Shown here: one piece after another, positions 9,828 through 18,132 of the stretch
Numbering within the stretch: the first letter of the stretch is position 1
Layout: the number at the start of each line of letters is the position of its first letter
Origin: Alphaproteobacteria bacterium
GTDB lineage: Bacteria > Pseudomonadota > Alphaproteobacteria > UBA828
Length of the DNA stretch: 64,000 nt
NCBI GenBank assembly: GCA_965214705.1
Contig: CBDCCI010000002.1
Span: 2,208,001-2,272,000, forward strand
Direction of reading: 5' to 3'
Position numbers and translations under genes: made by a program
Notes under the pieces: model-generated
Told to the model about the DNA's origin: nothing
Seen by the model: the letters and a program-made list of their open reading frames with translations, nothing else
The model's database searches: none

Positions 9828-10190
9828 GGCGGGCGTGGCGTGGCGTGGCTCGGAGAGGAAGACGCTCGGACAACGAATTCCTACCCGATGGCAACGGCTT
9901 ACGCTACGTTCGCCACCCCAAAATCAGACCTGCCATGAATAATCCGGGCTAGAGTCACTTCATGAGGAAGCTCCTCGGAATGGCCGATAGCAGGCTCTGT
10001 AAACCTTGTGCAAGCTCAGGTGAGTGCGCACGACTAACTGAAGGCGCAGAGGCTTGTTCCCCTCTGATACCAGTCCATTCGGGCAAGATTCCCTGACTAT
10101 CAGGCCGCGCTGGACTCAAGTCGGCTAGGATGAACAGGCAAGAATTGGTGCTCGAGTAGTCGCTTGGCCCCCTAGACAGGAGAATCGACA

Positions 10191-10682
10191 ATGGCCCATA
10201 TGACGAGAATGACCACGGTCATGCTGGCAACGGTTGCTCTTGGGTTTGGTATTGCCGGATGCCAACCGCAGGGAGGTGCTCCTGCGAGCGAAGCAACCGA
10301 ATCTACCGCCGCTGAAGCCGCCGCCGCCGCTGTCGAGACCACGAATGTGATGAATGCGGCAGAAATAAGCGAGTTACTTGTTGGAAACACCGTCATAGGT
10401 GTCTACGACGCTTGGAATTTGACGTGGGCCGAATATTTTGCTCCCGATGGAACGACAAAGCTATTGCTAAGATTTGAGGGCAAGGATGATATAGAGGCTG
10501 CTGGAAAACACTATTCGAACAATAAGGGTCAGTACTGCACAGAAGATCCCGAGCAAAATGCTTATTGCAACAAACTTGTTTCTCTAGGGGATGGCAGGTA
10601 TCAACAGGTGTATGAGGGTGGCGAAAGAGGAGCCATTTACAACCAGATCCTGGAGGGTGATCAGATCGAGGCGTTCAGGTAG
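10191..10682 (+). CDS. Hypothetical lipoprotein
   Basis: AGGAG RBS; lipobox-like GIAG-C; Ala-rich linker; small domain with EI..LL.GNT..G...W.EY..PDG and two Cys. Confidence 0.7.
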   Translation: MAHMTRMTTVMLATVALGFGIAGCQPQGGAPASEATESTAAEAAAAAVETTNVMNAAEISELLVGNTVIGVYDAWNLTWAEYFAPDGTTKLLLRFEGKDDIEAAGKHYSNNKGQYCTEDPEQNAYCNKLVSLGDGRYQQVYEGGERGAIYNQILEGDQIEAFR

Positions 10683-11174
10683 GATTTCGATGGTCGCTCT
10701 GCGAAAACAGAGCGGCGTCGTGACGGATCCTTCTGGAAGGCTAGGCAGGCCCTTTTAGCCTTCCCAGCCCGATCTTCGGTAATGGGGCGATTGCCGTCAA
10801 GCGCGTTGTTTATTGTAGCAGTAGTGGCGGCACGTTTGTTCGCTCGCAGACAATAAGCTTTCGCTGAATGCATCCTCGCTTCGAGCCTCGAGCAGGGATG
10901 CATTGGGCTTTAGGTGGAAGGATGCCAGTATTGTCGGCATTTTCCGATCGCATTTTTGGTGCGCTCACCTTAACTATGTCCGTCGCCAAGCTCTCGCTTC
11001 CGTCCGTGTTCAGCGCAGTGGCTGCCAATTTTTCCTGGTCCAAGTCGATTCCAGAGTGCCAATCTATTCAGCGTGCTCGTAACTGCCCAGGTCTGATTCC
11101 GCCGAGCACTCACGCGTGATGGACTGATGCCTCTGGCCTGGTGCCGCTGACGTGGAGCGGAGCGGCGGGGGATT

Positions 11175-12737
11175 TCAGAAGCGCAGTACCGGGATTAGCT
11201 GCATGGGATCGGGGTGCGCCAGGGTTTCGAGGACATTCCAGCGCTGTTTTCGAGCGGTGGCGATGACGGACCGCAGGTTGGCGAAGTCGCAGGCACCTTG
11301 CATCGAGCGGAAGCCGCCTGAGATTTTCTGACGCAGCTTGCCCATTCGCAGATCGCGCTCCGCCTCATTGTTCGAGAACGGGGTTCGCGGGTCGGTGAGG
11401 AAGCGCAGGCACCCCTCCTTGTACTTCTGGAGCCGGAGCGCGAGGTTGTGACCGATGCGGCGCTTTTGTCGTCCGCGCTTTCCGGTCTGGAGCGGCGGCA
11501 TCTCTTCGTGAGCGGCGATGGCACGTTCGAGGATGCGGTCCCAGGCTCGCGAGATGCGGGCGACCAGTGATGCGGGCACGTCGCGATCATTCTTGCGGGC
11601 GAAGCGGGCGGCTCTGTTGGCACGGGAGAGCAGCTGGTGCGTGCTCGTTGCCCAGTCTTCCTTCTCGATCTCGATCAGGGCCTGGAGCTCACGCAGGTGA
11701 TGGGCGTTGCAGGCCCCGTGGCGCACGCCCTCGAGAGCGAAGTAGGTGGCATAGTCGTCATGGATGACGATGCCGTTGAGCTTCTCGTCGAAATGGCCGC
11801 GCCCGCTGGCGACGCGCAGGATGGTCAGCAACGGGGTGCACAGCACGTGGAGCCAATGGGTCCGGGCGGCGATGCGGATGCCGGTCTCGTCGAGGTGTTT
11901 GACCGGGGCTTCGGTGCGGATGATCTCTGCGACACGATCGAGGAAGCCCTCGAAGCGCCGGGCGGTGCGCCGGCCCATGGCGGCGATGGTGGCCGTTGAG
12001 ATCTTGACCGCGAAGAGATCGCTCATGACCTCGGCGACGCGCTTCTCCGGAATGAACTGAGCGTGCAGCAGGTAGGTCACCCACGCGGTGATGCGCGGCC
12101 CGTACTGGACCGGGGCGCTCACGCCGTTCGGGAAGGCGGCTGTTGTCATGGTACCGCAGGCGGCGCAGAGGCAGCGATGGCCGCGATGCTCGGTGGCCTC
12201 GAGGGGCTGCGGCTCGGGCACATCGAAGACCTGCCGGCAGACGGGGGCTCCGTGACGGTCGGCGTCCGACAGCGGCGCGCCGCAGCCCTCACAGGCGGAC
12301 GGATCATGATCCACGACGTGGTCCGGGTTCTCGGTCCGCTCCAGGGTGGTTCCCTTGTGGCCCGGCTGACCGCCGCTGGGCCTGTCGGATTTGCCGCGCC
12401 GGCTCCGGGTGCGCTTCTCCTGGTCTCCGCTCTTCTTCTCCTGGTCTCCGCTCTTCTTCTTCAGGCCGTCGCTGGCCGGCGGCTTGGAGCTGGTGGTGCT
12501 GTCGAGCGCGGCGCTGCGCTCAAGTTCGGCGATCCGCTCGCGCAAGCGGGCGTTCTCCCGCTCCAGCGCGTCGTTCTCCTTGACCAGCGCCGCGCTCAGG
12601 CGAAGCAGCCCCTGGCCCCATTCCCGGATGGCTTTGACGGCGGTCATCGCGAAGGATTGTGGGGTGAAAAGGTCCTGCAGGCACGCGAAAGCCTCGTCGT
12701 GAGCGGCGAGGTCCGCGTGCCAGCGCGACACTGTCAC
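11175..12737 (-). CDS. IS66-family transposase (TnpC-like, single-transposase type)
   Basis: Coiled coil + DS..SSKPP.SD, GGQPGHKG, CxxC...CxxCG zinc finger, HLDETG, HDDY, CNAHHLREL, NNEAERDLR.GK..QKISGGFRS. Confidence 0.93.
   Translation of the reverse strand: MTVSRWHADLAAHDEAFACLQDLFTPQSFAMTAVKAIREWGQGLLRLSAALVKENDALERENARLRERIAELERSAALDSTTSSKPPASDGLKKKSGDQEKKSGDQEKRTRSRRGKSDRPSGGQPGHKGTTLERTENPDHVVDHDPSACEGCGAPLSDADRHGAPVCRQVFDVPEPQPLEATEHRGHRCLCAACGTMTTAAFPNGVSAPVQYGPRITAWVTYLLHAQFIPEKRVAEVMSDLFAVKISTATIAAMGRRTARRFEGFLDRVAEIIRTEAPVKHLDETGIRIAARTHWLHVLCTPLLTILRVASGRGHFDEKLNGIVIHDDYATYFALEGVRHGACNAHHLRELQALIEIEKEDWATSTHQLLSRANRAARFARKNDRDVPASLVARISRAWDRILERAIAAHEEMPPLQTGKRGRQKRRIGHNLALRLQKYKEGCLRFLTDPRTPFSNNEAERDLRMGKLRQKISGGFRSMQGACDFANLRSVIATARKQRWNVLETLAHPDPMQLIPVLRF
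12414..12460. repeat. 21-bp tandem duplication within the IS66 transposase (KKSGDQE x2)
   Basis: CTTCTCCTGGTCTCCGCTCTT occurs twice in tandem plus a partial copy; frame-preserving. Confidence 0.85.
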
Positions 12738-13402
12738 AAACCCTCGTCAGCCTCGACGGCCATGATCGCGGCCAGCACCGCCAGGCGTTCGCCCGCCGGC
12801 ATGGCCTCGTAGCGCCGGCCCCAGTTGGCCGCCTTGCGCTTGATGCGCTGGCGGTCGGTGAAGTTGCGGCCCGCGCAGCTCGCCCAGTGCACCCGGTCGG
12901 GCGCGAAGTTGAACCACACCACCTCGGTCCGCACCTGGGCCTGGGTCGTCACCTGCAGCGCCAGCCGGCGCCAGCCCGCCAGCAACTCGTCATAGAGCGC
13001 AGACGGGTGGCCCGAGACCATCACCTGGCAGGGCAGACCCTTGAGCAGTTCGAGGAGCGCGACGTGGTCGGCCTCCTCGTACTCGAAGCGGTAGCGCTGC
13101 GACGAACGCCGGGTCGCGTGCAGATAGGGCGGATCGCTGTAGACCAGCTCCGGGCCCAGGAACGGGAACGAGGCCAGAAAGGAGTGGGCGCAGCCGTGCA
13201 CCAACTCCACCGGGTAGCCACAGTCGAAGGACTCAAGCGCCCGCTCGTCGCGGTCAATCCCGATCGAGCGCACGGCCGCAGGCTTGCGCTTCATCAGCGC
13301 CCCGCCCCCCAAGTGGCTCTCGATATAGACAGAGTGCGGGGGCATCAGCGCAATCAGCGCCTGGCTCAGACCGGTCGTCGCCTTCGATCCGAAATACCCC
13401 AC
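12734..13402 (-). CDS. Short DNA adenine methyltransferase-like protein (Dam/D12 class)
   Basis: N-terminal Y.GSK, motif I-like YIESHLGGGAL, GID.D, catalytic DPPY, ..SG...LY and TEVVW.N; GAGGAG RBS; stop overlaps the transposase start (GTGA). Confidence 0.85.
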   Translation of the reverse strand: MGYFGSKATTGLSQALIALMPPHSVYIESHLGGGALMKRKPAAVRSIGIDRDERALESFDCGYPVELVHGCAHSFLASFPFLGPELVYSDPPYLHATRRSSQRYRFEYEEADHVALLELLKGLPCQVMVSGHPSALYDELLAGWRRLALQVTTQAQVRTEVVWFNFAPDRVHWASCAGRNFTDRQRIKRKAANWGRRYEAMPAGERLAVLAAIMAVEADEGL

Positions 13403-13430
13403 CGGCTGCTCCTCTCATGCGAGAGAGCAA

Positions 13431-13459
13431 CCCATAGGCGAGCGCGCCTATACAGTCAA
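13431..13459 (-). promoter_or_regulatory. Putative promoter with palindromic operator for the methyltransferase-transposase unit
   Basis: Minus strand TTGACT-N17-TATGGG (weak -10), overlapped by the inverted repeat ATAGGCG-N4-CGCCTAT (13434-13451). Confidence 0.45.
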
Positions 13460-13698
13460 GGGGCAGATCATCGATGCGCCGACGGCCAAACGGCACCGGC
13501 GGCGACCAACATCAGCACGCACTCAGATCTGGCGGCGGGGTACCTGGGTAGTTACGCGTGCTCGAACACTGTAAGGGGGTTCGGCAAACAGGTCGGGCTA
13601 CGTGCATCATCAGGAACCGCGTCCTGGCGCGGGGACAGAGGTGGGTTGTTGAATCCAAGCCATGCACCTTGTCCACCCAAGCTAAACCGGACAGCAGT

Positions 13699-13718
13699 GG
13701 GACAAGCCCGGCCATGAC
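13699..13718. repeat. Half of an alphaproteobacterial REP-like palindromic element
   Basis: GGGACAAGCCCGGCCATGAC matches, from recall, one arm of the GTCATGGCCGGGCTTGTCCC repeat common in alphaproteobacteria; no partner arm seen nearby. Confidence 0.45.
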
Positions 13719-13781
13719 GTGTGGGGGTGCGGCGCAGATGGATTGAAACTTCTCGAACAGCACACTAGCGACGACATGGAT

Positions 13782-14693
13782 CTACGGCCCGTCCCCCCTC
13801 GCCCGCCAGTGGCGGGCGATGTCGATGCCGCGGCAGAGCCACACGCGGTCGTGGGCCAGCACGTGGTCGACGAAGCGCCTGAGCGCGGCGAAGCGCCCCG
13901 GCCGGCCCACCAGCCGGCTGTGCAGGCCGATGCTCATCATACCGGGCTGCTCGGCGCCCTCCTCGTAGAGCACGTCGAAGGCATCGCGCAGGTAGGCGAA
14001 GAAGGGCTCGCCCCAGTCGAAGCCCGGCGCGGTCGCGAAGCGGTGGTCGTTGTGGTCCGCCGTGTAGGGGACCATCAGCAGGCGCCGTCCGGCCTCCTCC
14101 ACCCAGTAGGGCAACTCGTCGGCGTAGGAATCCTGGCTGTAGAGGAAGCCCCCCTCCTCCGCCACGAGCCGCACGGTGTTGGGGCTGCGGCGGCCGAGGA
14201 AGTAGCCGAGCGGGCGCGTGCCGGTAAGCGCCTGCTGGATCGCGATCACCTTCCCGATATGCGCGCGCTCCTCGGCCTCGGGCACGGCGTGATAGTCGAT
14301 CCAGCGATAGCCGTGGCTCGCGATCTCCCAATCCGCCTCCACCATCGCGGCGACCGCCTCCGGGTTGCGGGCGAGCGCCATGGCGACGCCGAAGATCGTG
14401 ACCGGCACGCCGCGCTCCGTGAACAGACGATGGAGGCGCCAGAAGCCGACCCGGCTGCCGAACTCGTACATCGATTCGATGGGGAGCGCGCGCTCGCCGA
14501 TGCGGGGCTCGGCGAAGCCGAACTCGGTCAGCAGCGTCTCCGAGCCCGCATCGCCGTGGAGGATGCTGTTCTCCGCGCCCTCCTCGTAGTTGATGACGAA
14601 CTGTACCGCGATGCGCGCATCGCCCGGCCAGCGCGGATGCGGCCGGCTGCGGCCGTAGCCTACCATGTCGCGGGGGTAGGGGGTGTCGCTCAT
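13782..14693 (-). CDS. puuE: Allantoinase PuuE-like / polysaccharide deacetylase family
   Basis: YPRDMVGYG..RPHPRWPG.ARIAVQFV.NYEEG.E, ES.YEFGSRVGFWRL, HGYRWIDY, DSYADELPYW, MMSIGLH.RL.GRPGR. Confidence 0.8.
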   Translation of the reverse strand: MSDTPYPRDMVGYGRSRPHPRWPGDARIAVQFVINYEEGAENSILHGDAGSETLLTEFGFAEPRIGERALPIESMYEFGSRVGFWRLHRLFTERGVPVTIFGVAMALARNPEAVAAMVEADWEIASHGYRWIDYHAVPEAEERAHIGKVIAIQQALTGTRPLGYFLGRRSPNTVRLVAEEGGFLYSQDSYADELPYWVEEAGRRLLMVPYTADHNDHRFATAPGFDWGEPFFAYLRDAFDVLYEEGAEQPGMMSIGLHSRLVGRPGRFAALRRFVDHVLAHDRVWLCRGIDIARHWRARGDGP

Positions 14694-14706
14694 CGGCCGC
14701 GCCGCC

Positions 14707-15561
14707 CTATCGGAAGAGAGCCGCGTTCTCGCGGGCGAAGGTGCGGAAGTCACGGGGCGCACGCCCGGTCACACGCTCGACCACGTCGGTCACCGGCGCG
14801 CCGAAGCCCGTGCGGAACAGGCCGTCGATCTCGACCAGTGCATGCGCCGCCTTGGGCCCGATGCCCGCCTCGACCAGCGCAGCCCGCGCATCCTCGTCGC
14901 TGACGGAGACGTAGCGCACCTCCCGGCCTAGCTCCTCCGAGAGGATGGCCGCGCACTCCGCATAGGAGATCGCCTCCGGCCCGGTGATCTCGTAGGTCTC
15001 GCCATCGTGCCCGTCGTCCGCCAGCGCCGCGACCGTCACGGCGGCCACGTCCTCGATCTCCACCAGCGAGATCCGGGCGTCCCCCACCGGCGCGTAGAAC
15101 TCGCCGCGCTCCCGAATGAGCGGGGCGAAGCGCCGGAAATTCTGCATGAAAGCGTTGGGCCAGAGGTGGGTGCGGGGGATGCCGCTCTCGTCGATGCGCT
15201 GCTCGATCTCCCCGTGCCAGCGGCGGATGGTGGTGGGCGCGTCGGGCGCGGCCTTGATCGCCGACATCTTGACGATGCGGCGGATGCCCGCGCGCTTGGC
15301 GGCCTCCACCGCGTTCAGCTCCAGCTCGACCATCGCTTCGGAGAAGGCGCAGAGCAGCGAGAGGGTCTCGATCCCCTCGAACGCGGCGTCGAGGGTCCGG
15401 GGCTCGGCGAAGTCGCCTTCGACATAGTCGAGGTCCTCGCCGAACTGCCGCCTCGCGCGCGCCACGTCGCGGCTCATGATCCGGAACGGCCGGCCCGTCG
15501 CACGCAGCTGCGCGACGGTCGGGCTGCCGGTGGTTCCGGTCGCTCCGGTCACGAGGATCAT
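14707..15561 (-). CDS. NmrA-like / atypical SDR NAD(P)-binding oxidoreductase
   Basis: MILVTGATGTTG Rossmann start; PNAFMQN; YEITGPEAIS; VERVTGRAPRDF. Confidence 0.88.
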   Translation of the reverse strand: MILVTGATGTTGSPTVAQLRATGRPFRIMSRDVARARRQFGEDLDYVEGDFAEPRTLDAAFEGIETLSLLCAFSEAMVELELNAVEAAKRAGIRRIVKMSAIKAAPDAPTTIRRWHGEIEQRIDESGIPRTHLWPNAFMQNFRRFAPLIRERGEFYAPVGDARISLVEIEDVAAVTVAALADDGHDGETYEITGPEAISYAECAAILSEELGREVRYVSVSDEDARAALVEAGIGPKAAHALVEIDGLFRTGFGAPVTDVVERVTGRAPRDFRTFARENAALFR

Positions 15562-15646
15562 GGCAAGCACCCGACGGGATCAGCCCTCGCCCGGATGCTA
15601 GTCGATGCCCGTGTTACCCTCCAGCGTCGCGGCGCCGCGGTGCCTC

Positions 15647-17215
15647 CTAGTGGTCGTGACCGGCGTGGCCGCCCAGGCTCACCGTGTATTGCAGGATCAC
15701 CTGATCGTCCTCCGCGCCTGACATCAGCGATTCCCGGTTGTATTGCAGGCGCAGCTGCCCGAAGCGGTCGCTGGTCCAGTCGCCCATGACGGCGAGCGCG
15801 CTCGGGTCGTGATCGATGTGCGCCGCGCTTGACGGGCTGAGACGCGCATAGCGCGCGCCGATCCGCCACTGAGGCGCGAACTTGTAGACCGCCTGCGCGT
15901 ACCAGCCGGCGCTCCTGCCGTCGGTCGTCAGCTCGTGCTCCTCCATTGCATCGTCCTCCAGCGTGTAGACGCCGTCGTCCGTCTGCCAGAGGTACTCGCC
16001 CTGGAAGATCAGCTGGCTCTGCCTCGCATTGCCGGTCGGCGCCCAGGCAAAGCGGAAATCGGTCCCAAACAGCGCACGGTCACCGCTGAACACGCCGCTG
16101 GAGAAGAAGTCCGACGGCGCGAAGTCCTCGTCGGCGTGGTCGTGCTCGTCGTCATGATCGTCTTCGTGCTCGTCGGCATGATCGTCGTCGTGGTCGTCGT
16201 CGTGGTCGTCGTCGTGGTCGTCGTCGTGGTCGTCGTCGGCGTGATCGTCTTCGTGCTCGTCGTCGTGGCCGTGCGCGTGGCCGCCGGCGCCGCCCACGAC
16301 CTCTCCGCTCAAGACGGACGCGCCGATTCGCCAAGACGAGTCTTGCCCCATGTCGCCGCCGACCCGCGCATAGGCCGAGAGCGCCCGGCGCCCGTTGTCG
16401 GACCCGCCGAACGGTTGATCGTCGCCGCGGAAGAGACCGCCGCCAATCTCCGTGCGGACGTCACCGGGCAACGCGAGCGAAAGCTGGATGCCGTCGTCGT
16501 TGAAGCCGTTGTCGAGAAAGGCCCGGTAAGGCAAGGGGCGATCGGCGAAGTCGTCCTCGTGCGCGTGGCGCTCGTTGAGGTAGCCGAACGACCACAGCTT
16601 GCGGCCTGCCGTCACGGTGACTGCCTCGAGCAGGTCCGAGCTCGGCAGGGTCTGGACGTAGGCCTCCTCGAGCTCAAGCTCTGCCGGCTCGCCGGGGTGC
16701 GCGCCGATGCCGAGCACGAGACTGGCGCGAGCCGCCGTACCGACATCGCTCGACACGCTCAACTCGCTATGACCGACCGAGAAGCCCTCCGCCGCGCGCT
16801 CGCTCTCGTGGCCGAGTTGGAAGCCTGCAATCTCCGAGTCTTCGGCGGAGTAGGACGTGAACATGCCCCTAAGCACCACGCCGACTTGGGGCTCGAGCAT
16901 GGCCCCGTGGTCGTCGTGCTCAGCCATTCCCTCATCGTGACCGTGGTCGTCGTCCATGTGGTCGTCGTGGCCGTGATCGTCATGGTCGGCCATCTCGCCG
17001 GCGGAGCCGGACTGCAGCGCCCTGACCTGCTCTTCCAGCGCTCTGATGCGCGCCTCGTATTGCTCCCGCAGGGTCGCGATCTCGACGGCAAGGATGGCGG
17101 CCATCGGCGTATCGTCGTCCGACTGAGCTTGTGCCGGAGGCGGTGCCAGGGAGACCGCCATCGCCGCGACCGCAGCGGTCATCGCAGTCGTGCCAAGGAG
17201 CATCTTGTAGCGCAT
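15647..17215 (-). CDS. His/Asp-rich outer-membrane beta-barrel, probable zinc-uptake protein
   Basis: Signal peptide, coiled coil, EEAY, FGYLN..H.H..DF.D.PL, Q.EY, G.Y.Q, RLQY, QY..SLG.H..H C-terminus; two His/Asp-rich inserts; upstream Zur-like box. Confidence 0.75.
   Translation of the reverse strand: MRYKMLLGTTAMTAAVAAMAVSLAPPPAQAQSDDDTPMAAILAVEIATLREQYEARIRALEEQVRALQSGSAGEMADHDDHGHDDHMDDDHGHDEGMAEHDDHGAMLEPQVGVVLRGMFTSYSAEDSEIAGFQLGHESERAAEGFSVGHSELSVSSDVGTAARASLVLGIGAHPGEPAELELEEAYVQTLPSSDLLEAVTVTAGRKLWSFGYLNERHAHEDDFADRPLPYRAFLDNGFNDDGIQLSLALPGDVRTEIGGGLFRGDDQPFGGSDNGRRALSAYARVGGDMGQDSSWRIGASVLSGEVVGGAGGHAHGHDDEHEDDHADDDHDDDHDDDHDDDHDDDHADEHEDDHDDEHDHADEDFAPSDFFSSGVFSGDRALFGTDFRFAWAPTGNARQSQLIFQGEYLWQTDDGVYTLEDDAMEEHELTTDGRSAGWYAQAVYKFAPQWRIGARYARLSPSSAAHIDHDPSALAVMGDWTSDRFGQLRLQYNRESLMSGAEDDQVILQYTVSLGGHAGHDH
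16130..16285 (-). repeat. Low-complexity (HDDD)n coding repeat
   Basis: Tandem GTCGTCGTCGTG-type 12-bp units encoding HDDDHDDD within the outer-membrane protein. Confidence 0.85.
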
Positions 17216-17268
17216 GTCACCACTCCATCGCTGGTGGTTAGGGTCGCTCGAAGGAAGGGCAATCGATA

Positions 17269-17283
17269 TGAAATATTATAACA
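17269..17283. promoter_or_regulatory. Zur-like operator
   Basis: TGAAATATTATAACA (reverse: TGTTATAATATTTCA) matches the Zur palindrome TGTTATAnTATAACA at all but 2 positions; AT-rich island 54 bp upstream of a His-rich transporter; adjacent GTTAT half-site. Confidence 0.7.
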
Positions 17284-17351
17284 CTACAGAATAACGTTGC
17301 AAGAGTGGCCGTCGACGCAGGCCCCGGCGTCAGTGTCTGGCTTTGTCTTGC

Positions 17352-18008
17352 TCAGTAAGGCGCGCCCGAGAGCGCCATCGCAACGGTATGCTCGATGTCG
17401 GAAATCGCGTTCGCCAGCTCGCGGCCGATCAGGTCCATCTTTCGCAACTGATCGATGCGCGGGCGGCACTGCTCCATGTCCTTGCTGGGGAAGATCTCGT
17501 CCAGAATATCGCAGGCATCCACCAGGCCGATCAGGGCGACATCCCGGGGATCGGGAATATCTTCGGAGAACAGCACCTCCCCGATCCGCAGCTTGACCTC
17601 CTGCTCCACGTTGCCGTCGATCGTGGGATAGCGGCGCGTGCGGAACGCCCACATCACCCTTTCTTCGCGCACCTGCACGATGCCGCGCGCGACGAGGCTC
17701 TCCAGCGCCTGCTCGCGAATGGCGGGCGCGTCTTCGACCGAGAGCACCCTGATCCAGGTCCGCGTATCCGACTCGCTCCCCTGTGCCGCGATCTTCGCGA
17801 GCGTGTCGTCGAGCATGGGGTTGCCGGTCGGCGTCGGATCGTTAACCACGAGTGCCTTCGGGTCGGTGTCGATGCGATAGGCGAACGCCAGGTCCATCAG
17901 CACGGCGCCCCCGATGGCACACCCGAGGTTGGCGTTCGGGATCGGCACAAACGTGCCGTCGTCGTCGTCCAGCAGCAGAAGCAGAATTTCTTCGGTGAAG
18001 GTCAGCAT
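17352..18008 (-). CDS. GPP34 / GOLPH3-Vps74 family protein
   Basis: MLTFTEEILLLLLDD..G, GAVLMDLA...RI, PTG.P.LD..L..I, LV.RGI.......W.F..RRYP. Confidence 0.85.
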   Translation of the reverse strand: MLTFTEEILLLLLDDDDGTFVPIPNANLGCAIGGAVLMDLAFAYRIDTDPKALVVNDPTPTGNPMLDDTLAKIAAQGSESDTRTWIRVLSVEDAPAIREQALESLVARGIVQVREERVMWAFRTRRYPTIDGNVEQEVKLRIGEVLFSEDIPDPRDVALIGLVDACDILDEIFPSKDMEQCRPRIDQLRKMDLIGRELANAISDIEHTVAMALSGAPY

Positions 18009-18132
18009 GTTGAAATCCAGTCGGGTCGTCGCGGCGAATGTCGATACGATCAATGGACGCGGCACACGGGTCTGTCAACGGCCACCCCGCGCTGTCGCAT
18101 CGAGCAGAAGGCCTCGCTAAAGCCGAACGGCA

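Larger units (their letters stand above)
6172..9948 (-). mobile_element. IS1380-family element (copy 3) interrupted by a nested IS1634
   Basis: Imperfect IRs CCCGACCTATTCATGG (6172) / CCATGAATAATCCGGG (9948); CTAG flanks at 6168-6171 and 9949-9952; about 1.61 kb once the nested IS is removed. Confidence 0.85.
11079..13555 (-). mobile_element. IS66-family element (2477 bp) carrying a DNA methyltransferase-like passenger gene
   Basis: IRs GTAACTGCCCAGGT (11079) / ACCTGGGTAGTTAC (13555), with the GTAA...TTAC termini typical of IS66; exact 8-bp target duplication GCGTGCTC at 11071-11078 and 13556-13563. Confidence 0.92.

Noticed and set aside
12734-13402. Restriction-modification system
   Set aside because: No cognate endonuclease gene inside or beside the IS66 boundaries.
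16130-16285. Periodic repeat considered as a CRISPR or non-coding array
   Set aside because: Short in-frame codon repeats encoding His/Asp, with no unique spacers and no cas genes.
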